A stretch of DNA of 64,000 nt from Saccostrea echinata (lineage: Eukaryota). Below the pieces are notes generated by a model. That model was given only the letters and a program-made list of their open reading frames with translations. It had not been told where the DNA came from and did no database searches. Positions 39,556 through 52,976 of the stretch are shown in pieces (positions within the stretch are counted from its first letter, which is position 1; each line of letters opens with the position of its first letter). The DNA lies in NCBI RefSeq assembly GCF_033153115.1, contig NW_026889835.1, forward strand, positions 1,922,001 to 1,986,000. The letters are read 5' to 3'. The position numbers and the translations under genes are program-made.

Positions 39556-40019
39556 TGTTATTGTTAAGGGGCATTTGAGTAAAATGCAGTGAAGATTTCA
39601 AATAGTGGAATGACCCGACAACCCTTGGAATGGACTAGAAAAGGATATATAAGCTTTGTGAAGACAGGTATTCAGAAGCTAGCTGAAGAAGTTGGATGTT
39701 GAATCAGCAATAAATAAGGGTAAGAGCAGAATAAAAGTTATAAAGTTCCAGTGGCAAGTATCCTAGGGAATTGATGTTAAGTTCTGGGTGTAGTAAATCT
39801 GAAGAAGATTGAGACACCCGGTTCTTATCTATCAATGGGAACCTAGGGGAGAAACACGGTGCATGTAGTACCTTACCCAGTCCCTGTCCCTAGATAAGAG
39901 AAAATGTAAGTACTGTATGATATACCCTCAAACAGAGCTGTCTTAATTATCATTCTAATCATTATCCCAGACAGAGTAAAAGGAAAAGCTATATATCCCT
40001 TGGGTTTAAGTAATTAGAC

Positions 40020-41075
40020 AATTCAGTGTGCAAATAATGGTCTAACAACGTCAATAAGCATTCGTTGTTGATATCCTTGTTTCATCAACATGTTTGTCAA
40101 TAGCTTGCCTCGTTTTAGAAATTGTTGGTACGTACGTAGAGCATGCTGTTGCGTATCGAATCAACTGGGAGGCATAAACTTCATATGCAGGTGATAAGGG
40201 TATATTGCTGCATAAATATAGGAAGATAGATAGAAAAGTTGAAGCCATTACGTTTATCATAACGTTTGTTGTTTGGTTACCATTAACGTCTTTTTCTAGT
40301 AAAATACCCAAATTTGAAAAAGACTTTCCAGACTCTGTGGTATCTTTTATTTCAAGTTCACTTGGGTATATTGAGTAGACATATGAATGAGAGTAACTAT
40401 TGTTAATTGATAATACGTCGTTGATATATCTAAATGTCGAGTTGAAGGCCACAGCAAGTGTTTTCTTTTTCTCATATAGAAGATTTTGAGTAAATTTTGT
40501 TTCATATGAATATAGAAATAGGTTTGATGATAAATGGCGCAATTGGTATCCATTTGTTTCCTACAGATTGTTGAAAGATTTGATCTCCAAAAACGACATA
40601 GATATTGTCAATCAAAAACTTGAGCATCTTTTTAACTTTTCAACTTCGGAGTACTTGTGTGTACAATCGGAATGTTTTGTTTAAACAAAATAATTTTGAA
40701 AATGACCAATGACAAGGTAAGTAATTTTTTTTTTATTGAAAAAGCACCTGTCTATGATTTCAAAAGCTGGACTTTAATTTAGAGTGGTGAATGGTTGTAT
40801 AAAGTGTTGAGAAGTCGTGCGTTTTGATGTTATTGATTTTGTAAAAATTTTGTGATTTCAAATTTTCTAAAAGTTCTTTAAAGGTTTTAAGTATCCACAT
40901 CTGATTTACGTCACTTCTTGAATATATAGTTGTACCGTACTCCTGAAGTTTCTCCTTCATTGCTGTTAATATTTTAGTGAGGAGTAAAGAAAGAGGCTTG
41001 GTAGACCATTTACTGAAACCCGCTATGTAACTTTGTAAGAAATTTTATGTAGTTTTGGAATCCAGTATAAGAATG
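40020..41075 (-). pseudogene. Degraded Penelope-like reverse transcriptase
   Basis: Frameshifted pieces DFSTLYTTIHH, MDTNCA (for MGTNCAP), LFLYSYE, FRYINDVLSINN (RYIDD), SNIPLSPAYEVYASQLIRYA. Confidence 0.85.
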
Positions 41076-41659
41076 GTAATTCAATATATACATGTACTAA
41101 TAACCAAAAAAAAAAAGTTTTGTTAAGTCACCCCCTCAGTTTTAGCAACTAAATAGACTAAATCTAATTGATATGGAGGCACTTCTGTCTGCTGAACATG
41201 AAAATTTTGAAATTTTTAAGTTTTTGAAAGAATTAAAATTGGGGAAATATGTAATTCATGTATTATGATGTGGAAAGATTCTTACATGCATTTTCAAAAG
41301 ATATGAAGAATGGTAGAAGGAATTTTAGGATGCAAGGTGATATTGCTTTAATTCTGTAATTTTTACTATCATTGTTAAGGTCATTTTAGCTGTCTTTTCA
41401 GCTCTAGGTAAAAAAAAAGATTTTGAAAAAAGGAAGTAATTAAAGAAAAACTTTCAAATTACACAAAAAGTAAAAGAATATTTTATATTTAAGGTAGGTC
41501 CCTACTCAGAGTTTTAATGGTTAAAATGATTTTTTTCTCTTGAAATTATTAGAATAACACTTAATGTAAATAAAAAACCTAAAAAATAAATAACTTTTTA
41601 TGCTACTTTTCATACTAGAGTGCCCCGATGACGTATACCCTCTTCTTTTATCATACTAT

Positions 41660-42385
41660 TTCAACCAAATTCAATATATGGCTCATATCAAAAGCAATAT
41701 CAAAGCAAGATTACTTTCAAATGTGAACTCGAAATAAGACACCACAGAGTCTGCCACGTCTGTTTCATATTTTGATGTTTTACTTACTATAGATGATAAA
41801 GGCCATCTAACAACTAAACTGTATGACAAACGGGATGAATTCAGCTTTTCTATCGTCAATTTTCCTTACTTATATAGTAATATTCCACAATCAACTGCAT
41901 ATGTTGTTTACTGTAAATCATTAATCTGGGTGGGGTTTCCTTTTAGTGGTATGAAGAAACCTACGAATTCAAGTCCTCCACGAAATGTAAAGTTGTAAAT
42001 ATTTAAAAACTGAACACTTCTTCGATCACGAATTTTAATCCCCATTTTTTTTTTGTCAAATCACGAAAATGTGTGATTTCACAGTATGTCCCACAACTTA
42101 TTCGATACTCAAGAGCATGCTATGATATGTTCAATTTTTAAACCAAGACAGGCTACTGACAGATAAGTTGATGTTACAGGGATTTCAAAAACCTCGTTTG
42201 GTAAATTCTGTTGTCGTTATAATGGTCTTGTTAGCAAATATAACCTATTAATGGGTCGTATTTTGACTGACATATTTCATACAAATTGTTTTTAATATTA
42301 ATTTTGACTAAGGACCCCACCTTAATTTCCAGGTGTCTGTATTTTATGCCCTGTTCACACATTTGTATTGTCTATAGATTTACTT
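41660..42385 (+). pseudogene. Second Penelope-like RT 3' fragment in opposite orientation, interrupted by a MITE
   Basis: Reads TTES..SVSYFDVLL..TKLYDKRDEFSFSIVNFPYLYSNIP, then QLIRYSRAC after the insert. Confidence 0.85.
41911..42084. mobile_element. MITE with TA TSD inside the RT fragment
   Basis: TA|CTGTAAATCA ... TGATTTCACAG|TA; excision rejoins the RT motif. Confidence 0.8.
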
Positions 42386-43344
42386 CTCGTCATCAGAATT
42401 GCACGGAAAGCCAGAGAGAACAAGTTTGACGGGGTTTCTGACCTCTCTAGACTTTCCTGCAATTCCAGGACACCTCTACACTTTACACAAAATTTAAATC
42501 CAATACACAAAATATACCATCCTGAAACAGAGCCCCATATAGGTTTGATACGCCAATGTCCAGCGTAAATGGTTAAATACAACAATGTGCAACTTAAATT
42601 TCCAATGCACAGTGTATATGGTCAATTGAAAAGATCCTGATTAAAAAGGCACATGCAACACACCAAAATAAAAAAGAGAATGGAAAATAATTCATAAATA
42701 TTAGTGTAAAATTTCAAAAGAGAAAACCTCTACTGTGATCACAATTTACAATGATATTGTGATCGCAGTTTACTGATCACACGGATAGACAAATAATCTT
42801 AAGATAGATAGAAGATAACAATATAAAATTGACCCTTTGTTCGGAAATTGTACTTCTGTTCGTAAAAAGAAATTTGACAATGTGTTATTCCTTCTATTCC
42901 TACTTGATAGGATCCAGTAAGACTGACAATGTAGAAGGATATTTAAGCAATCATTTCTTGGACAATAGTATAGAAACCAATGTATCAAATTGTTAATTAG
43001 CTTTGACGCATGACATTGCACTCAGCTTAAACATAAATGAATCCAATTCAATAGTAAACAAATACTGCACAAAGTCGGTTAAAAGAAAACAATTCCCGTC
43101 GGTGGTTGTGGTTAAAGGAAATGCAAAACGCTAAAAAAAAACTGTCTGGGTACCCATCCCAGACAATTTACCACAGATCATAAAGATACTATTATTAACA
43201 CGATTCGATGATAATTTTGAAAAGGATTGACAAAAACATATCTTTATTCGTTCATCAATCCGTGTTTTCCCCTTCTCTATAATTGAAAAAAAGAATGATT
43301 TAGTGTGACAAAGTTCTTGATTAGCGCAGTGAAACATAATTCAG

Positions 43345-43358
43345 ACGGGAATTCCCGT
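43345..43358. promoter_or_regulatory. Palindromic NF-kappaB/Rel site GGGAATTCCC
   Basis: ACGGGAATTCCCGT is a 14-bp perfect palindrome ~550 bp upstream of a candidate first exon. Confidence 0.4.
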
Positions 43359-43849
43359 TTTCCCTCCAATCAGTCTCCAATTAGTTAGACAAGTCGACTA
43401 GGACGTTACAATTTGCTCGGAAATTGCATTAATACCTTTTGCATGAAAAAAGAAATGACTTTGAAAGGTTTGATCAATAAACCTGCTTTTGTCTCCTTTA
43501 ATTATTTTTATGAAACCCCTTTGGACACAGCCAGACTCTAGCCCCGATGTATCGTACATCCAGTTTTATATTTCCTCCCTAATGCATCTTCTAATGAAAA
43601 GAATAGCTAACGTGATGCTTTTTACACTTTGTTGAGGATAGGGTTTCTTGACCATGATCAACATTTCCCGCTATAATTCATTAGAAAGTCATTACAAGAC
43701 CATGTAAATTTCAGCAAGCTTTTAGCCGGATAAAATTTCCTTAATCCCGACTTTAATGCTACTTGTTGCCATGTCAGTAATGGCACCGCTATCCGCTGGA
43801 ATGTAAAAGGTTCGATATTAATTCTTTCAACTAGCTGCAATTCATTACA

Positions 43850-43956
43850 GCGCTATTGATGAGTCGGGAAACGCTATTGGCAGAACAAGAAACGGGGTTG
43901 GAAAATAAAAGCCGAAGCAACAGTCGGTCTGTCGCGGCGGCGAGTGACGGGTGAGT
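43850..43956 (+). promoter_or_regulatory. Candidate promoter and non-coding first exon
   Basis: Local CpG enrichment, repeated cgctattg with an inverted CCAAT, and a strong donor CGG|GTGAGT at 43951. Confidence 0.5.
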
Positions 43957-44988
43957 ACAACTTTATGTAAATGTAAAGACTGTTATCAACCAAAATGACA
44001 CTGACAAATTTGTATATTATACATTTTTCCCGTATAAATTCGATAAGAATAAAAAAAAAGAAATAAAAAATAAACGTTCATTACTCTGAATAAAAATAAC
44101 TGTTTCGAAATATTTAAAGGTTTCGTGTTCAGTGTTTTATGCACTGTTAGTATTATTTCATTCAGGAATTATGAAGTTTCGTCGATACACAAACAAAAAA
44201 ATCATAAATTATTTGTGGTGATGCCGTAGTTTTAATCATTACTCAGATCGGTATCGTAATTTTTTAATTATCAATTAGTATAGTTTCTGTGACTAGAATG
44301 CGGGGACCAAATGCTTAGTTATTTCTGTCCAAGGTTGATGTATATTGTATACTAGTAGTAGATAAAAAATAATATTGTGCAGGCAATATAAAAAAAAAAT
44401 ATTGTGCAGGAAAATCCCCAGAGATCTTTTCGAAAGATAATTTAAATGATAATAATAAGTAGCACAATATGAATATTGAATCATACATATCATAGTACAA
44501 CATTTGGCTCTGCGTGTGTTCTTACATGAATTTTTAGAGCCGTTGTTTGACATGGATCTAAAAAGACAACCTGACGACAATTCATGCTTGATTTCTGTAA
44601 CACTCATCGATTTTGTAATTTTACTTTTAGCATTTTCAAAGAAACTAGGCAACTGAAATTAGTTCACCATGTCACATTCTTATCAGCATGATTACGGGGG
44701 TTGTGGGTAATTTTCTAAAACACAAAAATCTCTGTAATCTGGCTTCCGGGAATAAGTGAGATCTCCAAACCTCAAAATCTTTTATTTTCCTAGATTCCTA
44801 AGATTACTTTGGTTCAAATGGCAGAGGAAAATTGTTTTCAAACAAAACGCTCCATTGTTTCAGTTCCTAATTCGTTTAAGTTTTAAGAGCTACAAAATGT
44901 TCCTGCAACAGTTTCATATATCTTGACATATTTTCTCTGTTCAAAACAACTAAAATCAGCTGTTTCTACTTATATTTTTTTTCTACAG

Positions 44989-45077
44989 TAAAACAAGATC
45001 GATCTTATCTTGAGTGTTTCCGATGTAGGGCAAAATTACCACAAATTCTTTGAATATAATGAATTAAAAACATTAAG
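44989..45077 (+). other. Candidate non-coding 5'-UTR exon
   Basis: Acceptor tttttttttctacag and donor AAG|GTAAGC. Confidence 0.4.
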
Positions 45078-45287
45078 GTAAGCTTTTTATTATTAGTTCT
45101 TACAACAATAAGAACTTTGACTTGGAAGCAATACTCATGTATTGAAATTTAACTTACCTTGTGAAGAACATTCCTAAGTTACGTAAAAGCAAGCGTTAAC
45201 AGGTGGAAAATGTGTTATTTTGAGTGTTTGTTTGTTCGTGTGTACTGAATGATAATACTTTTGCAATGCTATGGCTATCCAGTAGTA

Positions 45288-45435
45288 CAGTAAAACACGG
45301 TGATAGCGAATCGATGCGTGAATTCGTTATAACCGCTATATGAATTCACGCTTACAGTGAAGTGACTTTAAGATTTATTCCGTGTGGTTTCAAAATTGTT
45401 CGTCCTTGGCACTTCGCTACAAGCGTGTTTTACTA
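45288..45435. mobile_element. MITE related to 6364-6723
   Basis: TA|CAGTAAAACACG ... CGTGTTTTACTA. Confidence 0.7.
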
Positions 45436-46492
45436 TACACGTACTGGAACATAGGCTGTCAGATAGATAAGCCTTGATATTGAATAAATGAATTGAAAAA
45501 AGAATGTAAAGTTTGCGTAGAGGGACGCATTTTGTTAAATAACGCTTCTGAGAATCTTGAGCTCAGAAATCAAAGCGCAACAGTGCCAATATTACATAAG
45601 AACATTGCCCATTTCATTACAACAGTGCCTATTACATTTCGCTTTTCACACTGAAAATTTATCATTTTCGATTTAATTCGCAAAGAAAAGAATTATGTTT
45701 TATTTTTAAAAAAAATTACTGCAATGATAAAAATAAATGCAAAAGACGCCCAAAGAATAAATCAACAATATTTTTCATATTGCTTTTTGCTGTTTATATC
45801 ATAAGGATCTCATTATATTGTAAAGTATAATACTTGATAGTTTACAAAGAATTAGATGCTTGTATGAGATACCCACACATATGCTGATTCTGTCCAAAGC
45901 AACTACACACTAGTCTATGAACTCATAGATATACACAAGGGAAAATGTCACAGTGAAACATAAGGATTCTTTTATCAGTTATCACGACATTTCAGATATC
46001 TTAATTCTTCAGGAAGCTAACAATTCGGAATCATGTTAATGTCCTTTGCAAAATAAATCTTTCTTACAGACGACTGACGTTCACAATTTGACCAAATTCT
46101 TCATGGATATATAAACGCAAATGATTTCACCTCTTTCATTCTGCAATTTTAATAAAAGAAACCTTTTTCATTTTTTAGCGATACCGATGTATTGTAAATA
46201 AATATTCTTATATACATTTATAACTTCCAAAATAGACACGTGTACATATTTATTTAGAATATACAAATGTATCTCTTTCAAGGAAAGAGAAATTATTGAA
46301 GAATAAAAAGAAATAAATAATAAAGAGATGAGATTTTTTGCATAACTTTTTCAATGTAAAGGATTTAGGGTTTAGAAATTTACATTGCGGTGACGTAATT
46401 TGTGTTGTCATTACTCAAATCAGTAAGATGAAGGCATGCTTTATTAACTTGTTCTTTGTCCCTATTTGTTATTTTAATTCTTAGCATTACCC

Positions 46493-46545
46493 TGGTGAAA
46501 AATTCTCGAGAGGGACGTTAAACAACAAACAAACCAACCAACCGT
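46493..46545 (+). mobile_element. SINE 3' tail fragment
   Basis: gtgaaaaattctcgagagggacgttaaacaacaaacaaaccaacc. Confidence 0.65.
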
Positions 46546-47573
46546 CTAGGGTCCGGTAACATTAAAAAATTAGAATTGCACGTCAACAATTAAACTTTAA
46601 CCAAAGCAATATCGTTTTATTTTTTTCCAAATTTTTAAACCACCTCTGATGCTTTAGAGGCCCGTGTTTGCTCTGCTCCTGATTTGTAATGTTTAAATGG
46701 ACTTTTGAGCTTGAATACTCTTCGTTATCTCCATATATTTTATCTAGAGAAAACACTAAGTTGAGAACTAATTTTCTTTTGTAACTTTTCAGTTAAGGCA
46801 GTAAATAATGTTCTGAATTATTTCCTTTTACTACACGAGTTGGACAAAAGACTTACTAAGTAATTCCGCACATAAAATAGCGAAAAATCACACATATATA
46901 TATACTACAAATATTGAAGACATTGGAAAAGCTCATGTATTCACACCTGACAATTTTTTAAGAAAATTGAACCGATATAAGTTCAGGAAACAGAAAAATG
47001 AATTGTCATATCCTTTTTATCAACGCATCTATCATTTTGCAAGGAAAATAAAATTTTTGAATACAATTATTACTGGTTTTTACAATTTACATTTGACAGC
47101 AGTGAACTTAATTTGTCGATTAAAAGGTGTATGACAGAATGTGTTACTGTTAAGTGTTTCAATTTTTTTAAATTTTCACAATACTTAATTTAGATCATTC
47201 ATATCAGTAGTTAGCATGGACTGTATCGATGTCATTAAATCAATACCATGACAAAGAAAGGAATGATCTATGATTTGAATACATTATTTACTGACATTAC
47301 ACCTGATCTGCTGCAGTTAAAGCCGATCCTTTACTCTAAATTTGTCAGCATCAGCGCTATTGTACGAATATCAACCTTCCGGAGGCACGCGACCGAGCAT
47401 TATTAAAATGAAAGACTATATATGTCCTATTTGATATTTATAATTCATTAGATATTTTGCTTATCAGCTTATTGTATAAGAACTTTTGAATTTCTTGCAT
47501 TGCAGTGTTGAAGACTAACAATAATAATAATGAACCTTGATACTTGGTAAGGAGTCGCGGAAGAGGAGCTAAA

Positions 47574-47999
47574 ATGGTTCAAATATTTTATTACGAAAAT
47601 CGAGGAAAATGTTGTCGAAAAGTTTTCAACTACGAAGGTTACCCAACGAAGGTGATGCTGTTTCCTTACGAGGGATGGGCACATCCGGTTCCTGTGACGT
47701 ATTGGACATTAAAAACCTATTGGTGGAACCGATCACGGTGTAAAATCGTAGAGGTTTCCGGAACAAAACGAAGAACGACAAAGGCAAAAATGTCTGACAA
47801 AGGAAGTGGCGCAATGGTTATATCGGGAAAATTTAAAAACACCCCTAGTCCTGACTTTCGAATGACTTTGACGACAAACATTTCTAACGAAGATTTTCAG
47901 CTGGGTTACTGTGTGACCGGGACTTTAGAGCGAGGGGACAAAAAGAAGGGCGATCTTCAACTCGCACAATTTGCCATGGTGAAACGCCGTGGATACTAA
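47574..47999 (+). CDS. Uncharacterised 141-aa basic, probably beta-rich protein (single coding exon)
   Basis: Uninterrupted ORF with AAAATGG Kozak context, higher GC than flanks and protein-like composition (MVQIFYYENRGKCCRKVFNYEGYPTKVMLFPYEGW...AMVKRRGY). Upstream acceptor ttgcag at 47505; AATAAA at ~48570. Family not recognised. Confidence 0.75.
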   Translation: MVQIFYYENRGKCCRKVFNYEGYPTKVMLFPYEGWAHPVPVTYWTLKTYWWNRSRCKIVEVSGTKRRTTKAKMSDKGSGAMVISGKFKNTPSPDFRMTLTTNISNEDFQLGYCVTGTLERGDKKKGDLQLAQFAMVKRRGY

Positions 48000-50608
48000 C
48001 CCAAAGATGAACTTCTATCTCATTTATTTTAATCAAAAGATCCTGGCTCTAATTCTGACCACGAAAATCAATATCGACAATAGATATAAGTGCTGTATTA
48101 GAAGCATGTAGCACGCCGAGACACATAAAAACTGCTTAAGAAGAAGCACAAAGACATCCTCTGCCTCAAGCTAAGAAAAAGGAGTTGGGGGCTTCACATT
48201 CCATTTCTCATTTCTATAAGAAAATATTCTGTTTTATTTCGCCTATAAAAGGGACACTCAAGACAGACGTCTCCCTCCGACAGCCATTTTTATCTTTGTA
48301 CCAGATAAACTTATTAGAGAGCCGCTGTTGAAAAGTGTGAACTTTTGAGCGTGATATTGCATATCAGAGAACTCATTTATGTCGCATGAAATGCACATCT
48401 TGATAAGTATTCCATTTGATGTTTGTGATTAATTACTCTGTTTGTGTTCCTGTTACCACATAACGTTTGACGTTGCCATTATACCTGTGTCGGTAGTTAA
48501 AAGTGGTGCTTGTTAATTATTCATCGATATGTATAAGTTTGACGAAATGTAAAATATTCCATGATTTTCAATAAACTACATAGTTCCTTTACAGACAATG
48601 AAATATGCACGAGCCATCAGACATTCCAAGAAAAAGGTGTGCAGATTACCTGTTTGATAAGATACGACTGTGATGTTATCAGGTGTCTCCATCAATTGTA
48701 AATTACTGTCGATTTCTCATCAAGTCTCAGACTCTGTAACGTCACTTTAGAATTCACAGCTTTACTGCTTCTGTGATTGATGTTTCTGCTTTATTAAAAT
48801 ATTCCCATTTCATATAAAAAACAAACAAACTGAAATGTTACCGTTTAATGTTTGTGTACAGAAAATGTTTAATAACTAACTTTTCTGGTTGTGAAATATT
48901 CAGAAAATTGTTACACCTTGTGAATACCAGGAGACAAAGTAAACTTTATTGAACACAATTTCAAACTGCTTAAATTGGAAGTTGGCATCACATGATAAAA
49001 AAAATGGACAAAAAAAAATGAAAAGCGCTTTTAAAATCAATTTTCCAAAGAAATAACAAAAAAAAAAATGTTTCTTTAAACAAAATTGAAGTTTGAAACT
49101 CGCATGCACAATTATTGTTTTCTTGAAATACGATTTTTTGTGCTTTTTGGCTTCCATTTCTTACGAGCTAACATCACCATCGCTTTTCATTCGTATCTGT
49201 CTGAGACTTGCATTTTAATTTTTATATCAACCTACAAGATACATAATTATTATAATAGCTTAGTATAATTTAAATTATGAAATTTTATTGTACCATTCAT
49301 TCTGCACACACTCCAAAATCGACTGAAGAATAGCAAAAATTGTAATATATTAGCAAGAATGTCAAACTCACAGACCAAGTCACATTATTTTTGCATAAGG
49401 AAAAACTGATACTTCAGAATGTAAACAAATACATGTAGATTCATTGTAAACTTTATGAGGAAAAAATATATATATTGGTTTCTTTTTATGTGTTTTACAA
49501 TTCTTACAGGTACATGTATAAATTTCTTGCTTTATTCTAGTCATTTAACGATTGATTATATATCTGATCGTCTGGAAATTAATCACGTCATTTCCTGTGT
49601 TGATATTTCTTTTTCCGGCCCCCATTGTCTTCCCATGCATCGTGTCATATGGTGTCTTATCCACTTGCATGTTCGCTAGAATTATTGAACTTTACTGTCG
49701 GGCATTGTGACTGTTTCCAGACATGTACTATTTATAATTGAATAAATATTATGTTATCAATACTGTTTATTCTGGAAATCTGGTCGTTTACTGTTACGTA
49801 ATATACAACCATTGCAATCATGGCATTTTGAATAGCCCAATAATGGATGTAAAAGCAGATATAATGACCATATTAAAAACGAATAATGTGCGGATCACAG
49901 GATAAACCGTTCATTGTTTGGATGCAGATGAAAAGATCATGTAAACGATGCCTCCGTCTGATAGCTCAGTCCTGATAACATTCTGACAACATGCCTTAGA
50001 TCCTTGTTTAACCCGAACCTCTCTAAAGGAATATAAGCAGTTAGCAAATAGCTTTCCCTTTCTGGTATTAATGTCGTATCCAGACCAAAAGCTTTTTTTT
50101 CTTACTGGAGTTATCGTGGTTGGAATAGATACATGGATACCTAAATGAAAGACAGACTCGCAGTTATACTGAGTTTCACTTAATTAATAGTAGAAATAAG
50201 AAAACGAGATTAATAAGAAATGTTAGAGCTCTGAGGAATTCTATGAATTAGATTTAGCTAGTCTATCGATATAGATTAAAAAGCATGTATTTCAAACTGG
50301 ATATTTATCTCATTGCAAAACTCACGAGGATTTCTGTTAATCAAAGTGTACATCGTTATCTTGTGATAAATATTAGATTTTCATGGCCCCAATGATTAAA
50401 TTGTGATTTGATGAATATTTCATTAATCAATCAATGATAGTATAGCCATGAATTAATTTGTTGATAGGGATAATCTGAATCAGTCGGTGTGAAGTTATTA
50501 TTTACTTATTTACCAAAGTCTTAAAAAGAATCTAATTCAATACTGTTATATTTTCATCGTATAATCATATTATATATCGTATCATTTAGGCGGTGGTACG
50601 AGGTAAAA

Positions 50609-52976
50609 AACAAGAGGTCCAAGGACCTTAATGGTCACCTAAGTACAATACAACACTGCAAAGGATCCATTGAAGTATAAAACAAAATTAACTGATAGAT
50701 GAAGCTATGTGGCCAAAGAATTTCAAAAATCTGGTAAAAATACCCTTGCTTAATGTAACAAGTCTTACAGGGATGATAATGAATGCAAAATATGCAAATA
50801 CAATGGACACTTGCCTAGTATGTAAGGCATTCAATATACACAAATATGTTTCTGTCACTTGCCAAGTGCTACAATTCAGTACACAGAGACTTGGCTATAC
50901 AGTGTGGCTATTTGACACTTGTCCCCTAGTCACCTTGACTTTCTGTGATTATTTGTTCACTTTGGCACAGTATATAGCAACTTTATCCAGTCTCTTGTCA
51001 ACCATGAATTTACCTGACAATAACTCATCAACTGTTAAACAGGACACTACAGTATAAACATACTGTGTGAAATTGAACCTTTTGCTACATGTATAAATAA
51101 TCTTTACATCAATCTTTTTTATTTTTTTTCCAGGCAAGAATCCGATTTTGAGCATTCTTTGCTCATTTAAACCAAACTTTTATTTTTATTTTGTTTCTAT
51201 ATATATTACATTCTTTCTTGTATTCTCATTCAATCAAATAACCTGTTAATTAAACCATACAGAAGGGTAGGAGCAAAGAAAAGGTACATTTACTTTTATT
51301 ATACCTCTGTGAATTTTTTCTACATAAAAGTATGACAAATAAATCTTCTATTTTTTTCTAAACAGCCCCTACCGTGGAATAGTTTTTGTGCTATTTTCCC
51401 ATGGTGAATAGTCATCAAACTATTCACCGGAAGCATTCCATTTCCCTCATTTTTCATCTCAAAACTATATGGGTTGTTGTATTGTGACGTATCTGGTCTG
51501 TGACGTAACAAAAGTAAAGTCGGCTTCGGTATAATAAAACACCTATTTACTGACTATTCGGACAATAGCAAGTTCAAAAGCTTAAAACCCATGAGCAGAG
51601 GAGAAGATTTTCAAAGAATTAATGCATGTTCACTATTTAATCATTAGAGCTCCGCCCTAACACCAGAACCCTTGACCCAGGGGCCATGAAATTCACAATT
51701 TTGGAAGAGGCATCCTGCCTTATCATAACTACGCATATAGTTTGTTTGCTTAGTACCCAGGAGCAGAGATTATTTTTTTAAGAAATAATGCATTTTCACT
51801 AGGGATGTCAATTTTGTCAATAATTCATATTCGAATATTCAATGAAAGTATTCGAATATATTCGAATATTCGATAAAATAAATAAAATCTGGTTTATTTT
51901 AAATATGCATCATCCTATTCTCATGAAAGGTTTAGTGTAGGTATTCTTATATTGGAAGTAAAATTGTGTGAAGGCTTTTGTAGGTGTACAATAAGGAATT
52001 CCATTTGATATTTGTCAATGTTTGAAACAAGTAATTGATTTAAATGTAGAAAAATATGATTTTAACAAATTTAATAAATTAATAGTAGCTCCAATTGAGG
52101 AACCAGTCGTCTTACCAAGGGCAGGATAGTCGTATACTGTTGAGATTTCAATACGAGTAATTCATTACAATTATCAGCCTAATAAGGAATATGATAAAAA
52201 TCTTTGATATAATATTTGAAAAATTAAATCAAATATTTCCATAGACAATTTTCCTAGGTAATTAATTAATTTACCGATAATGAATATAAAGTTCAGGATT
52301 ATGTACAACCCGAGATAATCAAGTAATTTACACATTTTTTTTTTTGAAATTGAGCCCTTTACAATATTAATTACAGACTAATTCTATCATAAACTCATTC
52401 AATGATCAATTAAATTTATTTTGATGAGTGTACTCTTCACGCCTTTTGGACATTCTAAGAAGGTTTTCAATTAATCAAAATGTATTAATCACAGTACTTC
52501 TTTTTATGAAATCTGTAAAACACCGAATATTCGAATCTTAAATTTATATATTCGAATATCAACCCATCGAATGAATATTCGAATGTTCGTTGACATCCCT
52601 AATTTTCACAATATATTCAACAGAGCCCCTCCCTAGCATCAGATCCCCTGACCCTGGGGCCATGAATTTTACAATTTGGTAGAGGGCTCAATGCTTATTA
52701 CAATCATGCCAACACTTTGACTGATGTCCAGGAGTAAAGAAGAAGATTTTTAAAGATTGCATTAATTTTGATGGTTTTCGCCCCACCCCTCAGGTCCCAA
52801 GGGAGGGGGGGGCAGGGGCCATGAATTTCACAAATTTTACTTTCCTTCACCCATAGATGCTATATGTCAAAATTGATTGAAATTGGTTCAGTGGTTCCAG
52901 AGAAGAAGCTGAAAATGTTTAACGACGACAAAACGGATAGCAATAGGTCACCTGAGTACACTCAAGTGACGTAAAA
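50609..52976 (-). mobile_element. Helentron on the minus strand with non-repetitive internal sequence and a nested hAT MITE
   Basis: aacaagaggtccaaggaccttaatggtcacctaagta at 50609 and gatagcaataggtcacctgagtacactcaagtgacgtaaaa at ~52936 are reverse complements of the 7586-9122 termini. Confidence 0.75.
51800..52601. mobile_element. hAT-family MITE with perfect 8-bp TSD
   Basis: ATTTTCAC|TAGGGATGTCAA ... TTGACATCCCTA|ATTTTCAC; subterminal tattcgaata repeats. Confidence 0.92.

Noticed and set aside
39556-40020. Possible solo LTR (TGTTA...AGACA with TATA-like and AATAAA motifs)
   Set aside because: No target-site duplication, and the boundaries are confounded by neighbouring TE fragments.
42355-43337. 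Short ORFs suggesting a divergent minus-strand gene
   Set aside because: No recognisable motifs or consistent exon chain.
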